Positions 1 through 13,146 are shown, counted from the first letter of the stretch. The stretch: DNA of 64,000 nt from Octopus sinensis (GCF_006345805.1 NC_043011.1:60772464-60836463); one strand, 5' to 3'. Program-made: numbers and translations. The notes: a model not told the origin generated them from the sequence alone.

Positions 1-404
1 GTAAGCAGTTGCGTTGGATGTACAAATATCGCTCTTTCTCATCTATTCACGATGCATTCATAACAAAGACAATGCAACACTGCAACAAGGGCATAAATAA
101 TTAATCAAACAAAGCTATAGAATCAGTTGTTAACGACTAAATATGGGGGAGGGGGTCCTCACATAAAACAACAGCAACTTCAGATCGCTCACATAAATTA
201 CAATTTGTGCAAATATGCATACAAACACATGGCTTAGTGTTCATGAGGATGCATTCGCGATCGCAAGATCGTGGTTTCGAGTTCCGGACTGGTTGAGGTT
301 TTGAGCTAAGCACTTCATGTACATTATTTTCATTATTTACATTATTTACATTTGATGGATTTTTGTCTTCGTCTTGTTTGTTGTTCACACAACGTTTCGG
401 CTGA

Positions 405-486
405 TATTATTACTCAGGTCACTGTCTGGAATCGAACTCGGAATCTTGGGGTTAGTAGCTCGCGCTCTTAACCACTACGCCACATG
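405..486 (-). mobile_element. Short tRNA-derived SINE (family D), left member of a head-to-head pair
   Basis: Minus strand reads TGGCGTAGTGGTTAAGAGCGCGAGCTACTAACCCCAAGATTCCGAGTTCGATTCCAGACAGTGACCTGAGTAATAATA: box A, box B and an (AAT) tail; no tRNA acceptor stem. Confidence 0.75.
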
Positions 487-489
487 ACC

Positions 490-546
490 GTGGTTAAGAG
501 CGCGGGCTACAAACCCCAAGATCCTGAGTTCCATTCCAGGCAGTGA

Positions 547-560
<14 letters not shown>
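490..560 (+). mobile_element. Short tRNA-derived SINE (family D), right member, running into (AAT)n
   Basis: 64/71 identical to the reverse complement of 405-475. Confidence 0.75.
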
Positions 561-588
<28 letters not shown>

Positions 589-598
589 TGATAATGAT

Positions 599-647
<49 letters not shown>

Positions 648-691
648 TAATAATAGTAATAATAATAATAATGATGATGATGGTAATGATT

Positions 692-723
<32 letters not shown>

Positions 724-740
724 TAATAATAATAATAATA
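551..740. repeat. (AAT)n microsatellite
   Basis: Direct inspection. Confidence 0.95.
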
Positions 741-1145
741 GGCGCAGGAGTGGCTGTGTGGTAAGTAGCTTGCTAACCAACCACATGGTTCCGGGTTCAG
801 TCCCACTGCGTGGCACCTTGGGCAAGTGTCTTCTGCTATAGCTCCGGACCGACCAATGGCTTGTGAGTGGATTTGGTAGGCGGAAACTGAAAGAAGCCCG
901 TCGTATATATGTATATATATATGTGTGTGCGTGTATGTTTGTGTGTCTGTGTTTGTCCCCCTAGCATTGCTTGACAACCGATGCTGGTGTGTTTACTTCC
1001 CCGTCACTTAGCGGTTCGGCAAAAAAAAGACCGATAGAATAAGTACTGGGCTTACAAAAGAATAAGTCCCGGGATCGAGTTGCTCGATTAAAGGCGGTGC
1101 TCCAGCATGGCCGCAGTCAAATGACTGAAAAGAGTAAAAGAGTAA
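741..1145 (+). mobile_element. tRNA-derived SINE family A, full length (CORE-like segment, internal TA/TG microsatellite, LINE-type 3' tail)
   Basis: Head GGCGCAGGAGTGGCTGTGTGGTAAG...GGTTCAGTCCC; GGCACCTTGGGCAAGTGTCTT segment; tail GGCGGTGCTCCAGCATGGCCGCAGTCAAATGACTGAAA. Close copy at 55673-56062 and many others in the window. Confidence 0.9.
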
Positions 1146-1974
1146 ATAATAATAAGAAGAAGAAGGAGAAGAAGTAGAAGAAAATTGTAGAACCTACATC
1201 TGGCATGTACATCCTTTTTTCGAGAAGCAAACCGCATGAGATATTTTCTCATGAAGCGGGTCGTACTATGAAAAATTTTCAAGGTAATTTTTTGTTGGCT
1301 CATTTTGCGCATATCAATCCCCCACACTATGAACACTGTTAGCATAGTGATAAACATACGTGAGTTGTTGATCACTAAACGGAAGTTACTATAAAGAGCG
1401 GCATCACTATCGAAACAATATCATTCCCATGGTACTTGTCTACTATAAACGGCAATAGCGAATAGGGGAACGCCTAGAAGTATAAATGGACTCAGGAAGT
1501 CTTTTGTTCCAAGGAAATTCTAAGAGATGAGTCAGGAGAAGGAGTGAAAGAGAGAGAGAGGGGGAAACAAGGGAGAGAAAGAGAGAGATTGTTATTAATC
1601 CAAACAAGTGGAGGAATAGAAGAAATGAAACTGAAAATGCGTTGAGAATAAATTAGAATTAATTAGCATTTAATTATATTTTAAAATATAGGAATTCACT
1701 TGACCGGTTTCACATTGGATTTTCAAAAGTATGTGGTGTATGGAGCTATGTCTCGAATTCTGTCTGTTCTGGCCGTTGTTATAAAAATAGTTTGTTTTTA
1801 AAGAAGGAATGTGGCTCAAAATTAATTGGTCAACGCTGATGTATTAAGCCACACACACACATATATATATGTACATACGTACATACATATACATACACAC
1901 ACACATATATATACACATGCATGTATATATATACATCATAATATATTTTCACATACATATATACATACATATAT

Positions 1975-2234
1975 ATTCTTTTATTCTTTTACTTGTTTCA
2001 GCCATTTGTCTGCGGCCATACTGCAGCACTACCTTTAGTCGAACAAATCGACCTCAGAACTTATTCTTTATAGGCCTAGTACTTATTCTATCGGTCTCTT
2101 TTGCCGAACCGCTATGTTTCGGGGACGCAAACACACCAATATCGGTTGTCAAGCGATGCTGGGGTGGGGTGGGGGACAAACACAGACATAGAAATCTATA
2201 CATACATACACACATACATACATACATACATACA

Positions 2235-2268
<34 letters not shown>

Positions 2269-2437
2269 CACGACGGGCTTCTTTTAGTTTCCGTCTACCA
2301 AATTACAAGGCTTTAATTACAAGTCTTTGCCTGATGTTATAGTACAAGGCACTTGCCCTAGGTGTCACACAGTGAGACTGAACCTGGAACCATGTGGTTG
2401 GGAAGCAAGCTTCTTACCGCACAGCCACGCCTGCGCC
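1975..2437 (-). mobile_element. SINE family A copy
   Basis: Reverse complement of head, middle and tail of 741-1145, with internal (TACA)n. Confidence 0.85.
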
Positions 2438-2769
2438 TATATTACAATATAAATATATACAAGTACATATACGCACATGTATGCATACATATATATTATT
2501 ATACATACCAATATACATTTAGAATTTAGAATTCTCCATTCCTTGTTATGCTTTCATAATATTCTCTGGTCTTCTGCATGAAATCCTTCGAAGCAAACTC
2601 AGGATTTACCAATCGAAAGGAATACAATTATAATTGTTTATTCTCAATAATTCTAAATGTTTCCTGATATTCAATGTGGTTAGCCAAGTTTGGATTAAAA
2701 ATAAATTGCTCGTAAGATATCTGATTCGATTTCTGGCATATCGAAATTTAGAGGGGTATATATCCCTAT

Positions 2770-3310
2770 TCCTTTGTGGTGTATGTATGTATGTATGTAT
2801 GTATGTATGTATGTATGTATGTATGTATGTATGTATGTATGTATGTATGTATGTATGTATGTATGCATGTACGTACGTGGTTGTCTGTATGTAGGTATGT
2901 ATCTATGTATGTATCTGTCTGTCTGTATGTCAGTATGTCTGTTTGCCTGTTGGTCAGTCTGTCTGTCTTTGTATATTTCTGTCTGTCTGTCAGTCTGTGT
3001 GTCTGTCTGTCTGTCTGTCGGTCTGTGTGTCTCTCTGTATGTATGTACATATGTATGTATGTATGTATGTATCTATCTATCTATCCTCTATGTTTCTATC
3101 TATCTATCTGTCTGCTTATCTATCTCTCTGTCGGTCTGTCTATATGTATGTATGTATGTATGCATATATGCATGTATGTATGTATGCATATATGCATGTA
3201 TGTATGTATGTATGTATGTATGTATATAGCTATTTATCTATCTGTTTCTATCTATCTGTCTGTATGTCTGTCTGTATGTATGTATGCATGCATGTATGTA
3301 TGTGTGTGTG
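2770..3310. repeat. Compound (TATG)/(TCTG)/(TCTA) microsatellite
   Basis: Direct inspection. Confidence 0.9.
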
Positions 3311-3607
3311 TTAGCATGCATGCAGGTATATGTAACTCCATGCTGGAGATTTTCACATGTTTCATAATAACAATTGGAGCACAACTCAGTGAAATCCGCG
3401 CGTGCAAATTATATTTCGTTTTGGCCTCTAGGTTTGTTTGTTTGTTCCGAGAGTGATTATTTAATGTTTAAAAACCGCGAAATTGATTTATTTGTTCAAA
3501 AACCCATCCATCCAAGCTGAATATATAGAATGTTATTGAGGCGAAGTTTTTGAAATGACGAAATTGTTCACCGTGTAAAAAATAAATGTCAACAGACTGG
3601 GATTGGA

Positions 3608-4005
3608 TTGCGGAATAACGACGAGGTCAATGACGACGACGGCGACGATAGCCACGACGATGATGACGGCGACGACGATGGCGACGACGGTGGCGACGAC
3701 GGTGACAGCGATGACGACGACGGCGACGACGACGACGACAACGACGACAGCGATGACGATGACGACGGCGGCGGCGACGACAACGGCGGAGATGAAGATG
3801 GCGACGACGGAGATGAAGACAACGAAGAGAACGAAGACGATGACTATGACGACGACTCTGGTGACGAAGGCGACGAGGACGGCGATGAACACGAGGACAG
3901 CAACTGCAAGAATACCACCAACACCACCATTGCTACCACCACCACCACCACCACCATTGCTACTACCACCACCACCACCACCACCACCACTACCACCACC
4001 ACCAT
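3608..4005. repeat. Compound trinucleotide low-complexity tract, (GAC/GAT/GGC) then (CCA/CTA)
   Basis: Direct inspection; explains the stop-free ORFs in several frames. Confidence 0.85.
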
Positions 4006-4264
4006 TTTCCATACCTTCTAGGGATAAGCAAATAAGAAATAACAGTTACTTCTTAAGGGCAAGATGTGTGCTAAACAGTGTGATCAGGGATCTGCCGGAT
4101 TAGGGCTGATAAAGAGTTAAACAGCATCCACAACCTTTCATAGGATTTGCCTGAAATCAAGACTCCTTTTTCAGCTCTCGCTGTCTTACGCAGGGGTCAG
4201 CCGAGTGGTCAGTATTGACCTATAGGGGCTATCCAATAATAATAATAGTAAAGATGATGATAAT

Positions 4265-4470
4265 ATTTGTTTCAAATTTTGGCACAAGGCCAGCAATTTA
4301 GGGGAAGAGGATAAGTCAATTAAATCGACCCAACTCCTCTACTGCAACTTAATTTATCGACCTCGAAGGGATGAAAGGCAAAGTCGACCTCGGAGGAATC
4401 TGAACTCAAGACGGGTGAAATGTTGCTGAGCACTTCACCCGGTGTGCTAACGATTCGGTCAGCTCGCCGA
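4265..4470 (-). mobile_element. tRNA-derived SINE family B copy
   Basis: Reverse of GAGCTG...GTTAGCAC...GAGTTCA...GTCGACTTTGCCTTTCATCCC TTCGAGGTCGATAAA with tail 2 (GCTGGCCTTGTGCCAAAATTTGAAAC). Confidence 0.8.
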
Positions 4471-5074
4471 TTGAAACTACGAAGTAATTATTGTTTTCAT
4501 ATAGAGAAAATTTTTATATCAATTATATTTTTCCATTTTATTTTAGAAATTTACACATCGGGTGTCGGTAATTTTTAAATAATTCCATGAAGTGGGTCAG
4601 TGGCATAAGAATTTTGCTGAGTCCCGGTGTAAGGATATTTAAAATGTGAATGAATGACTCATCACAAATGAAATGTTCTGTACTCAGCCCGTTCGTCCTC
4701 TTCCATTGTATTAGCTTTTTTTATCATATTCAAAACAAAAATGCTATATTTTGCCAAAGATGGTAGCATGATCAATGAGCTTGCAGCAGAGCCGGGCTCG
4801 TCCTATACGCAATAGCAAGTGTCCGACACAAAAACCTGTGGTAAACGATCTTCTTAGTATAGCCGGATTGCGAATATTGGAAAAATGATCAATAATATTC
4901 GATCCGAAAGTCCTCTGAAAAAGGCTGTTCAGTTAATCGTCAACAATTATGCTTTTCTATTGTAAGACTGTTGAATCTGAGAAGACTTCATATAATTTGT
5001 TTAAACTGAGAAATGTATTTTACGCCGTGCGAAGAAGAGAACACTACAAATTCGCCCCCAATAAATCCTGTAGG

Positions 5075-5485
5075 CATAGCTGGCAGACACGTTAGCGCGC
5101 CGGGCGAAATGCGTAGCCGTATTTCGTCTGCCGTTACGTTCTGAGTTCAAATTCAGCCAAGGTCGACTTTGCCTTTCATCCTTTCGAGGTCGTTTAAATA
5201 AGTACCAGTTACGCACTGGGGTCGATATAATCGACTTAATCCGTTTGTCTGTCCTTGTTTGTCCCCTCTGTGTTTAGCCCCTTGTGGGTACTAAAGAAAT
5301 AGGTATTTCGTCTGTCGTTACGTTCTGAGTTCAAATTCCGCCGAGGTCGACTTTGCCTTTCAACCTTTCGGGGTCGATAAATTAAGTACAAGTTTCGCAC
5401 TGGGGTCGATGTAATCGACTTAATCCCTTTGTCTATCCCTGTTTGTCCCCTCTATGTTTAGCCCCTTGTGGGCAATAAAGAAAAG
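5075..5485 (+). mobile_element. SINE family B tandem dimer
   Basis: Unit 1 at 5075-5301; unit 2 restarts at GGTATTTCGTC (5302). Both carry GTCGACTTTGCCTTTCA..CCTTTCG.GGTCG and tail 1. Confidence 0.85.
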
Positions 5486-6359
5486 AAATATAAAAAAAAT
5501 ATAATTCCAAAATGAATATATAATGAAAGACTTCTTTCACTCTATCTAATTTTAGCTATTTAATTGGCATCTCGTCCTAACCCCCATCAAAATGACACGA
5601 AGAACCAGGCGTCGAGAACTTAAACAGATCCTGTTTCATGTACTTATGAAGCTTTTGTCTAATGCAGATATAAGGATCCGATGTTTCCTGATGAATTCTC
5701 TAGCCCTTTATCATTCCATGTGCTTCCGGTTTGAAACGGCTATGACGTCATTTGTAAATGGAGCGAAGGGCCATCGACAAACAAAACGGCGTTGTTAGGT
5801 ACCTATTTATACTTATTAAATACCACAGTATAAACAACACTTGAAGATGGGATGGTTGCAGTTCGAAAAAACACCGGAAACTGATTGGTGACGCTTTTTT
5901 AACGTCTGCCTGTAAATTCAGGAGTAATTGTCAGATTTAGGGCGCCGGTGTCTGGAAATATTCGTTTTGCGGATTTTTGTGAAAAGCTCCGATCCATCCT
6001 GCTTTTCCTAGGCAAAAATATAACTCCTAGTTTCCAAAAAGGAAAACAGTAAAAAAAAAAAAAAAAGAGAGAAGCCCCAACATGTTGCTCTCTCCTCTCA
6101 ATACTTGCACTGCCCCAAGGACTGAGAATCCATACTGCGCTTTATTGATGTGTTCCTTGCGGACCTCGGACTTCGGACTTTTCCTAAACTTTTTTTCTCA
6201 AACGTAATGCATTTTCGAGCCGCTGAGTAATTGATGGCCCTGGTGGGCTTTGAACACCGATCACAAAGAACCTGATGAATACCGCAAGGCATCCGACCTG
6301 TTGTTCTTACAGCATTACCAGTCCCACCGCTTTGGTTTGATACATCAGACCGGATACCT

Positions 6360-6712
6360 TGCGATATTTGTTCCGGTTCTTTGCGTTCAAATTTCGCCGA
6401 GGTCGACTTTGCCTTTCATCCTTTCGGGGTCGATTAAATAAGTATCAGTTACGCACTGGGGTCGATATAATCGACTTAATCCGTTTGTCTGTTCTTGTTT
6501 GTACTCTCTGTGTTTAGCCCCTTGTGGGTAGTAAAGAAATAGGTATTTCGTCTGCCGCTACGTTCTGAGTTGACTTTGCCTTTCATCCTTTCGGGGTCGA
6601 TTAAATAAGTACCAGTTACGTACTGGGGTCGATATAATCGACTTAATCCGTTTGTCTGTCCTTGTTTGTCCTCTCTGTGTTTAGCCCCTTGTGGGTAGTA
6701 AAGAAATAGGTT
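6360..6712 (+). mobile_element. SINE family B tandem dimer
   Basis: Same AAAGAAATA|GGTATTTCGTC junction at 6541/6542. Confidence 0.85.
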
Positions 6713-8249
6713 TGATACTTATATATTTTATCGATCCCCCCCCTCCACAAAAATAAAATTAAGGCAAAGTTGAACGCGGCAAGATTTGAACACAGAACGC
6801 AAAGAACCGGAACAAATATCTGGTGTTTTTTTACAGTTCCATCCATCCATCGCACTGGATTGATATTTATCTTTTTATGATGATTTAAACGGAAGAAAAG
6901 CAAAATTGACCACGTCAGGGGTTGAAACAGAGCGTAGAGGGTCAGAATAAATACCACAAAACATTCTGTCCAATGTTTTAACAATTCCGCCAAAGAGTCC
7001 GTAGAAAAAAAAGTGGACTATTAAACAAAATTACCGATCGTTGCTGTAGGGGTACTTTTACTCCCAAATTTAAAATTCAAAAAATGTCTGGTGTGTGATT
7101 CAGTATTTCGTTGAAATTCTGCAGTATTGATAAAATAAGTGCCACCCGTCACATCCTTATAGCCTTGTTTTATAAAATATTGGCTTTGTGCCAAAGTCAG
7201 AAATGATTTTCATTAATCATTTTCTCTGCAATTGTGTAAATCTTCACCGACAAGCAATTAGCCAAATCCCGTGTTGTTGGGTCAATAATTCATCTGTCCG
7301 AATGCTTAGGTCAATAGCCATTCCATTCAAATTATATTTCATATCCAGCAACAGCAACAGCAGCAACAACAACAGCAACAACAACACCAGCAACAATAAC
7401 TCTTCAAATACTAAATTATGCATTATATCGCTCACTTTTCTACGAGCCCTTTCATGGGTTCCGACTCCCTTGGTAATTGAAACACAAAGAATATTTTTAT
7501 TCTTTCTCTTTTTCACTCACAGAAACATGCACAGATTCTGTTTATTCTTTTTTACAGATTTCCCTCTTTGGATTGAGGCCAGTGTTGTCTACAAAAGATT
7601 TTAGTCTATTATTATTATTATTATTATTATTAATAATATGTATTTGAAATTAACTGCAGCTCTTGGTGGTACGCAGCAGTAAAGGATATAACAGCCAGAT
7701 AATAAATTTACGAACTTCGGAACTCACGGTACACAATATATTCGTGTCCTACAATATGTTTGCCGCACCAATAATCACACCGTACTTTGAGATTCTGTTA
7801 TTGGGGATATTCCGTGATTGTAAATTTTCCGATATTGTTAATATTTTAGGAGATTTTTAAGCAAAAATACTTATTATGTAGCATAAATATGGAATTGCAG
7901 TAATCAAGAAAGAGAAATAGAATATAATGGATATCATTTTTACGCTTATGTGTTTGTTTTGTAAAATTCCTGGTGTGAAATCTTCTGTGGAAACAGATGT
8001 TGTTATATTTCGGGACGATCATTTCTGTTTTTGGCAATTAACCACACGTACTTTACACTTGGTCTCCACTTCAGCTTGTTATTCTTATTTTCTTGTTATT
8101 CTTATTTTCTGTTGAAGAACAGGAAGAGACACGTGGGATAGAGAGTTGCTGAAGAGGTCACAGGAGGTGTAACAAAATAGTTTAGACAAAGGACACTAAA
8201 ATAAAAATAATAATAAAGCTGAAATGAAGACCAAGTTCATAGTGCGTAT

Positions 8250-8481
8250 GGTCGACAGAAACTGAAGGAATCTCGTCGTGTGTGTGTATGTATGTACGTA
8301 TGTATGTATATATGTATGTGTGAATGTATATAAATATATATGTATGTGTTATGTATATCTATATATGTATGTATGTATGTATGTATGTGTGAATGTATAT
8401 ATATATATATGTATGTGTTATGTATATCTATGTATGTATGTGTGTGTGTGAATGTATATAAATATATATGTATGTGTTATG

Positions 8482-8513
<32 letters not shown>

Positions 8514-8815
8514 TGTATGTACGTATGTGTGTGTGTGTGTGAGTGTATATAAATATATATGTGTGTGTGTGTGTTATGTATATCTATATATGTATATGTA
8601 TGTGTATCTTAGTGATTGCGTTTGTCCGCATCACCACCTGACGACTAGTGTTGGTTGCAGGAGATAGCGTTCCGACAAAAAAAAAAAAAAGATAATAGAA
8701 GAGGTATGAAACCTTTAAAAAATAAGTACAGGGGGTTTGTTCGACTAAACCCTTCGAGGCAATACCCTAGTATGGCTGTAGCCTACATGACCCAAACAAG
8801 TAAACGATGAAAGAC
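8250..8815 (+). mobile_element. Degenerate SINE family A with expanded internal microsatellite
   Basis: AGAAACTGAAGGAATCTCGTCGT before the microsatellite and a diverged tail after it. Confidence 0.55.
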
Positions 8816-8899
8816 AAACGATAGAGCAAAACTCACACGCTTTTGTTATTGTCAGTCATTATCACCTTTAATCAGTCGACGAAAAAAAAAAATTAATAA

Positions 8900-9130
8900 A
8901 TGTGCCCCTTTAAAGCCTCGACAGGCTCATGGGCCCGGTTTCCCGGTTTTTATGGCGTATGTGTTCCCCAGCTGGACGGGACGCCATTCCATCGCAGCGT
9001 TACTCATTTTTGCCAGCTGAGTGGATTGGAGCAACGGGAAATGAAGTGTTTTGCTCAAGAACACAACGCGTCGCCCGGTCCAGGAATCGAAACCACAATC
9101 TTACGATCAAGATGCTGACACCCTAACCAC
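8900..9130 (-). mobile_element. tRNA-derived SINE family C variant (head + middle M2 + tail T3)
   Basis: Minus strand GTGGTTAGGGTGTCAGC...GTGGTTTCGATTCCTGGACCGGGCG; middle shared with 62600-62670. Confidence 0.8.
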
Positions 9131-9204
9131 GTTCAGTCGACGAAACGATGTTATATTCAGTTGTTTCCACACTTGGCCACATGTTGCCTTATCTTTTATT
9201 TTTT

Positions 9205-10095
<891 letters not shown>

Positions 10096-10113
10096 ACACG
10101 CACACGCTTGCGT

Positions 10114-10148
<35 letters not shown>

Positions 10149-10679
10149 CATAGCAGTTCACCATCAGGTTTTAATGTTCTCTTTTATTACATTTAATCAG
10201 CAACGTTATAGACCACACAATGCGGCGTGTAGCGTAGAATAAACACCATCTAAAACACAACACTAGGCGTTTCATCTCGTATTTGCACAGCGTCCATTTC
10301 TACAAATGGCTGCAGCGGAAGCAAATAAACTAAACTCCCTGCAGTCAATCTTCTTTACTAATCTGAGGAAATCAAGCCTCTGTACATATTAATGAGTTTA
10401 AGGAAAATCAATGAACCGAGGTTATCCCAACACCCAGTAGACATCATCTCCCACTAAGGGGATTTAATGTATTTAATACCCGTGAGTATGTACGTGTGTG
10501 CATTTGTATGTGTATGTGTGCATTTGTATGTGTATATGTGTGTTTGTATGTGTATGTGCGTGTGTGTGTCTGTGTCTATATATGTATGTTAATATATATA
10601 TGCATATATGTATGTATACGAACATACATACATACATATATACATACACATATATATATACCCCTCTCCTCTCTCTCCA

Positions 10680-11100
10680 TGTGACCGGTGTTCTGCCAAG
10701 CCTGACCTTTCTTGTCATCTCTTATATCCCTGCCGCAAGGCTTCACTTCCACACATGCCAGCTTAATTTAATTCGTCCTTAGTCGAAAGACACCTGTTGT
10801 TAATGTCCTGTTATTTGCATTTGTATTTGTGTACCATTTCCCCGTTTTCTTTTTCGACCTTGTTTTCGGATACATTCACTGGTTTCGTCCAAGGAATCTC
10901 GTGCTCTTAGCTTAGTTTTTCCTTGGGGCTGGCCAGATTGGAGCAATTTCTAGTATAACCATCCGAAATTGCAAAGATAATGTGGAACTCGACTGAGGAA
11001 AGAAAACTTCGAATGACCCGTCCTTGTTTTTTCTTGTCCCTTTTTTTTGTATCATATAAATGTCTGGATGTTTTGCGTTCTTGTCCCATTTTTTGTATTC
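10680..11100 (-). mobile_element. Dispersed repeat, inverted homolog of 55040-55482 (class uncertain, possibly a Penelope-type terminal repeat)
   Basis: Collinear reverse-complement match, e.g. AAGAAAGGTCAGGCTTGGC.GAACACCGGTCAC and TGCTCCAATCT.GCCAGCCCC. Confidence 0.75.
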
Positions 11101-11109
11101 CTTTATACA

Positions 11110-11218
11110 CATATAGAACAATGTCTGGCTTAAAAAGCCACATGAGATGCCATGATGCTTCTCATGTGTAAGTACAGGAGGTGGTCAAACTCTGCATAGG
11201 GAGTAGACAACCACCATA
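11110..11218 (+). mobile_element. 3' end fragment of an RTE-like LINE (C-terminal zinc-finger remnant + 3' UTR)
   Basis: Encodes RTMSGLKSHMRCH; the following TACAGGAGGTGGTCA.ACTCT.CATA.GGAGTAGACAACCACCA recurs inverted at 14725-14885. Confidence 0.55.
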
Positions 11219-11219
11219 T

Positions 11220-11463
11220 GCTACGAGGACGTAAACACACCAACATCGGTTGTCAAGCGATGGCAGAAGGACACACACATACATATACGACAGGCTTCTT
11301 TCAATTTCCGTCTGCCATTTTCAGGCTTCTTTCAATTTCCGTCTGCCATTGGTCGGCCTGAGACTACAGTAGAAGACACTTGCCCAAGTTGTCATGCAGT
11401 GGGACTGAACCCGTACCATGTGTTTGGGAAGCAAGCTTCTTACCACACAGCCATTCCTGCGCC

Positions 11464-11464
<1 letters not shown>
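11220..11464 (-). mobile_element. SINE family A copy (partial) with a ~31-bp internal duplication
   Basis: Head at 11370-11464; CAGGCTTCTTTCAATTTCCGTCTGCCATT occurs twice at 11291-11350. Confidence 0.75.
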
Positions 11465-11495
<31 letters not shown>

Positions 11496-11604
11496 TGTAT
11501 GTATGTATGTATGTATGCATGCATGCATGTATGTATATATGTATGTATGTATGTATGTGTGTATGCATGTATGTATATATGTATGTATGTATGCATGGTC
11601 GGGT

Positions 11605-12100
11605 CGTCGGCGACTAAACCGGCAACCCCACCAAGCTTGCTTGGTGAGGAGGGTGTTTATTGGACACCCTGCGGTATGAAAAACAAAACCCGTCAAAGGG
11701 CGGAGGAACTCTTGAGAGTCAACGGCCATCCAATAAATGTCTTAAGGCTGTATCATGCGCGGGGACATAGAAATAATCGGACTGAATACCCGATCGCGCG
11801 GTTAAACCATTGGGAGTGAAGGACTCCTAGCCTTTGTTAGGGCATCCTTCTAGGAGAAGGTAACTCAGGTAACTGGGATAACACCGACATAAAACTTGCA
11901 GCTCAGTGGTTACCGATGATGTTGACTTGTTCTTCTTTTTGGATTATGGCTGCTATTGCTTAGTGAGTGGGATTGACTCAGTGCACAGCCTTTCCTCACT
12001 TTAAAGAAAAAAGTCTTCTTGCACAGGCATTGCACGATAACAATATTGATTAAGCTACGTGCAATGGCCATACTCGATAACGAGGGGGCAGCCACCATGT
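11605..12100 (+). mobile_element. Structured dispersed repeat resembling an RTE LINE 5' UTR (non-autonomous)
   Basis: Contains GGGCATCCTTCTAGGAGAAGGTAACTC, similar to the conserved CTAGGAGAAGG block of RTE 5' UTRs, plus adjacent hairpins. Single copy in the window, so the call rests on recalled similarity. Confidence 0.4.
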
Positions 12101-13146
12101 ATGTATGTATGTATGTATGTGTGTATGTATGTATGTATGTATGTATGTATGTATGTGTGTATGTATGTATGTATGTATGTGTGTTTATGTATGTATATAT
12201 ATATGTGTGTGTGTGTGTGTGTATGTGTGTGTGTGTGTGTTTGATTGAAGATGTTATATTTAATAGAGTAATGAGGTCAGGCGCGGTGACGACCGAGAAG
12301 AAATTGAAGTTTTGCGGCCTTTATTAATTGTGAGTATCTTGTCAAACAGCCGAGGTGTGGACCTGTGGTGGAGTGTGTGTGTGTGTGCCGTCTGTGGGTT
12401 GTGCTTAGGGCGTCAGTTGACCATAATCTAATCTTGATTAACATATATACAAACGTACACACACACACTCACACACACGCACGCACACACACATATATTC
12501 ATTCGCACAATGACCAACACACGCTATTTACACTTGTCTAGCACACGTATATCAAGTACATCGTAGTATGTAGCTGTTCATTGTAAACAATGCTTTAAGT
12601 ATATGATTACATTGTGGTGGCATCTGAAGACACATGTTTGCACAACCCAAAATAGCTATCACACGCACACGTATACGAACACACATATACACACACGTCC
12701 ACACACACACACGCACGGACACATGTACGCAAACCATATAGTGCACATGCGCACACAACAAGCCTCTAGGTAGCATTACTTGTATTAATACATCAGCAAC
12801 ACCAACGCACATAGATTCAATGAGACACGATCGTCAGTCGAGATCCATAAATACATCGAGTCTCGCTCTCCTCGTCTTCTCTCGATGATATACATGTAGA
12901 CATCACATACCGACACACACACACACATACTCACACAGATATCTTTAACGATTCTATGATAGCATCAGCGTGAGATCATGTTCAAAGAAATGATGAAATG
13001 ATTTTCCATCTACACAACTAGAAGCCATATATATATATAAATATATATATACATACACCTACAAGTGTGTGTGTGTGTACAATATATTTATCAATTAATC
13101 AGTCTGTCTGTCTGTCAGTTTATCTGTATATTTATCGCTATATTTA

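Noticed and set aside
387-406. Complete hammerhead ribozyme on the minus strand
   Set aside because: Only the 3' half (CAGCC-GAA-ACGU-U-GUGU) remains; the CUGANGA side is replaced by the SINE D insertion.
3533-4103. Asp-rich, Thr-rich and Gly/Val-rich ORFs
   Set aside because: All frames are open only because the trinucleotide repeats lack stops; no splice or domain support.
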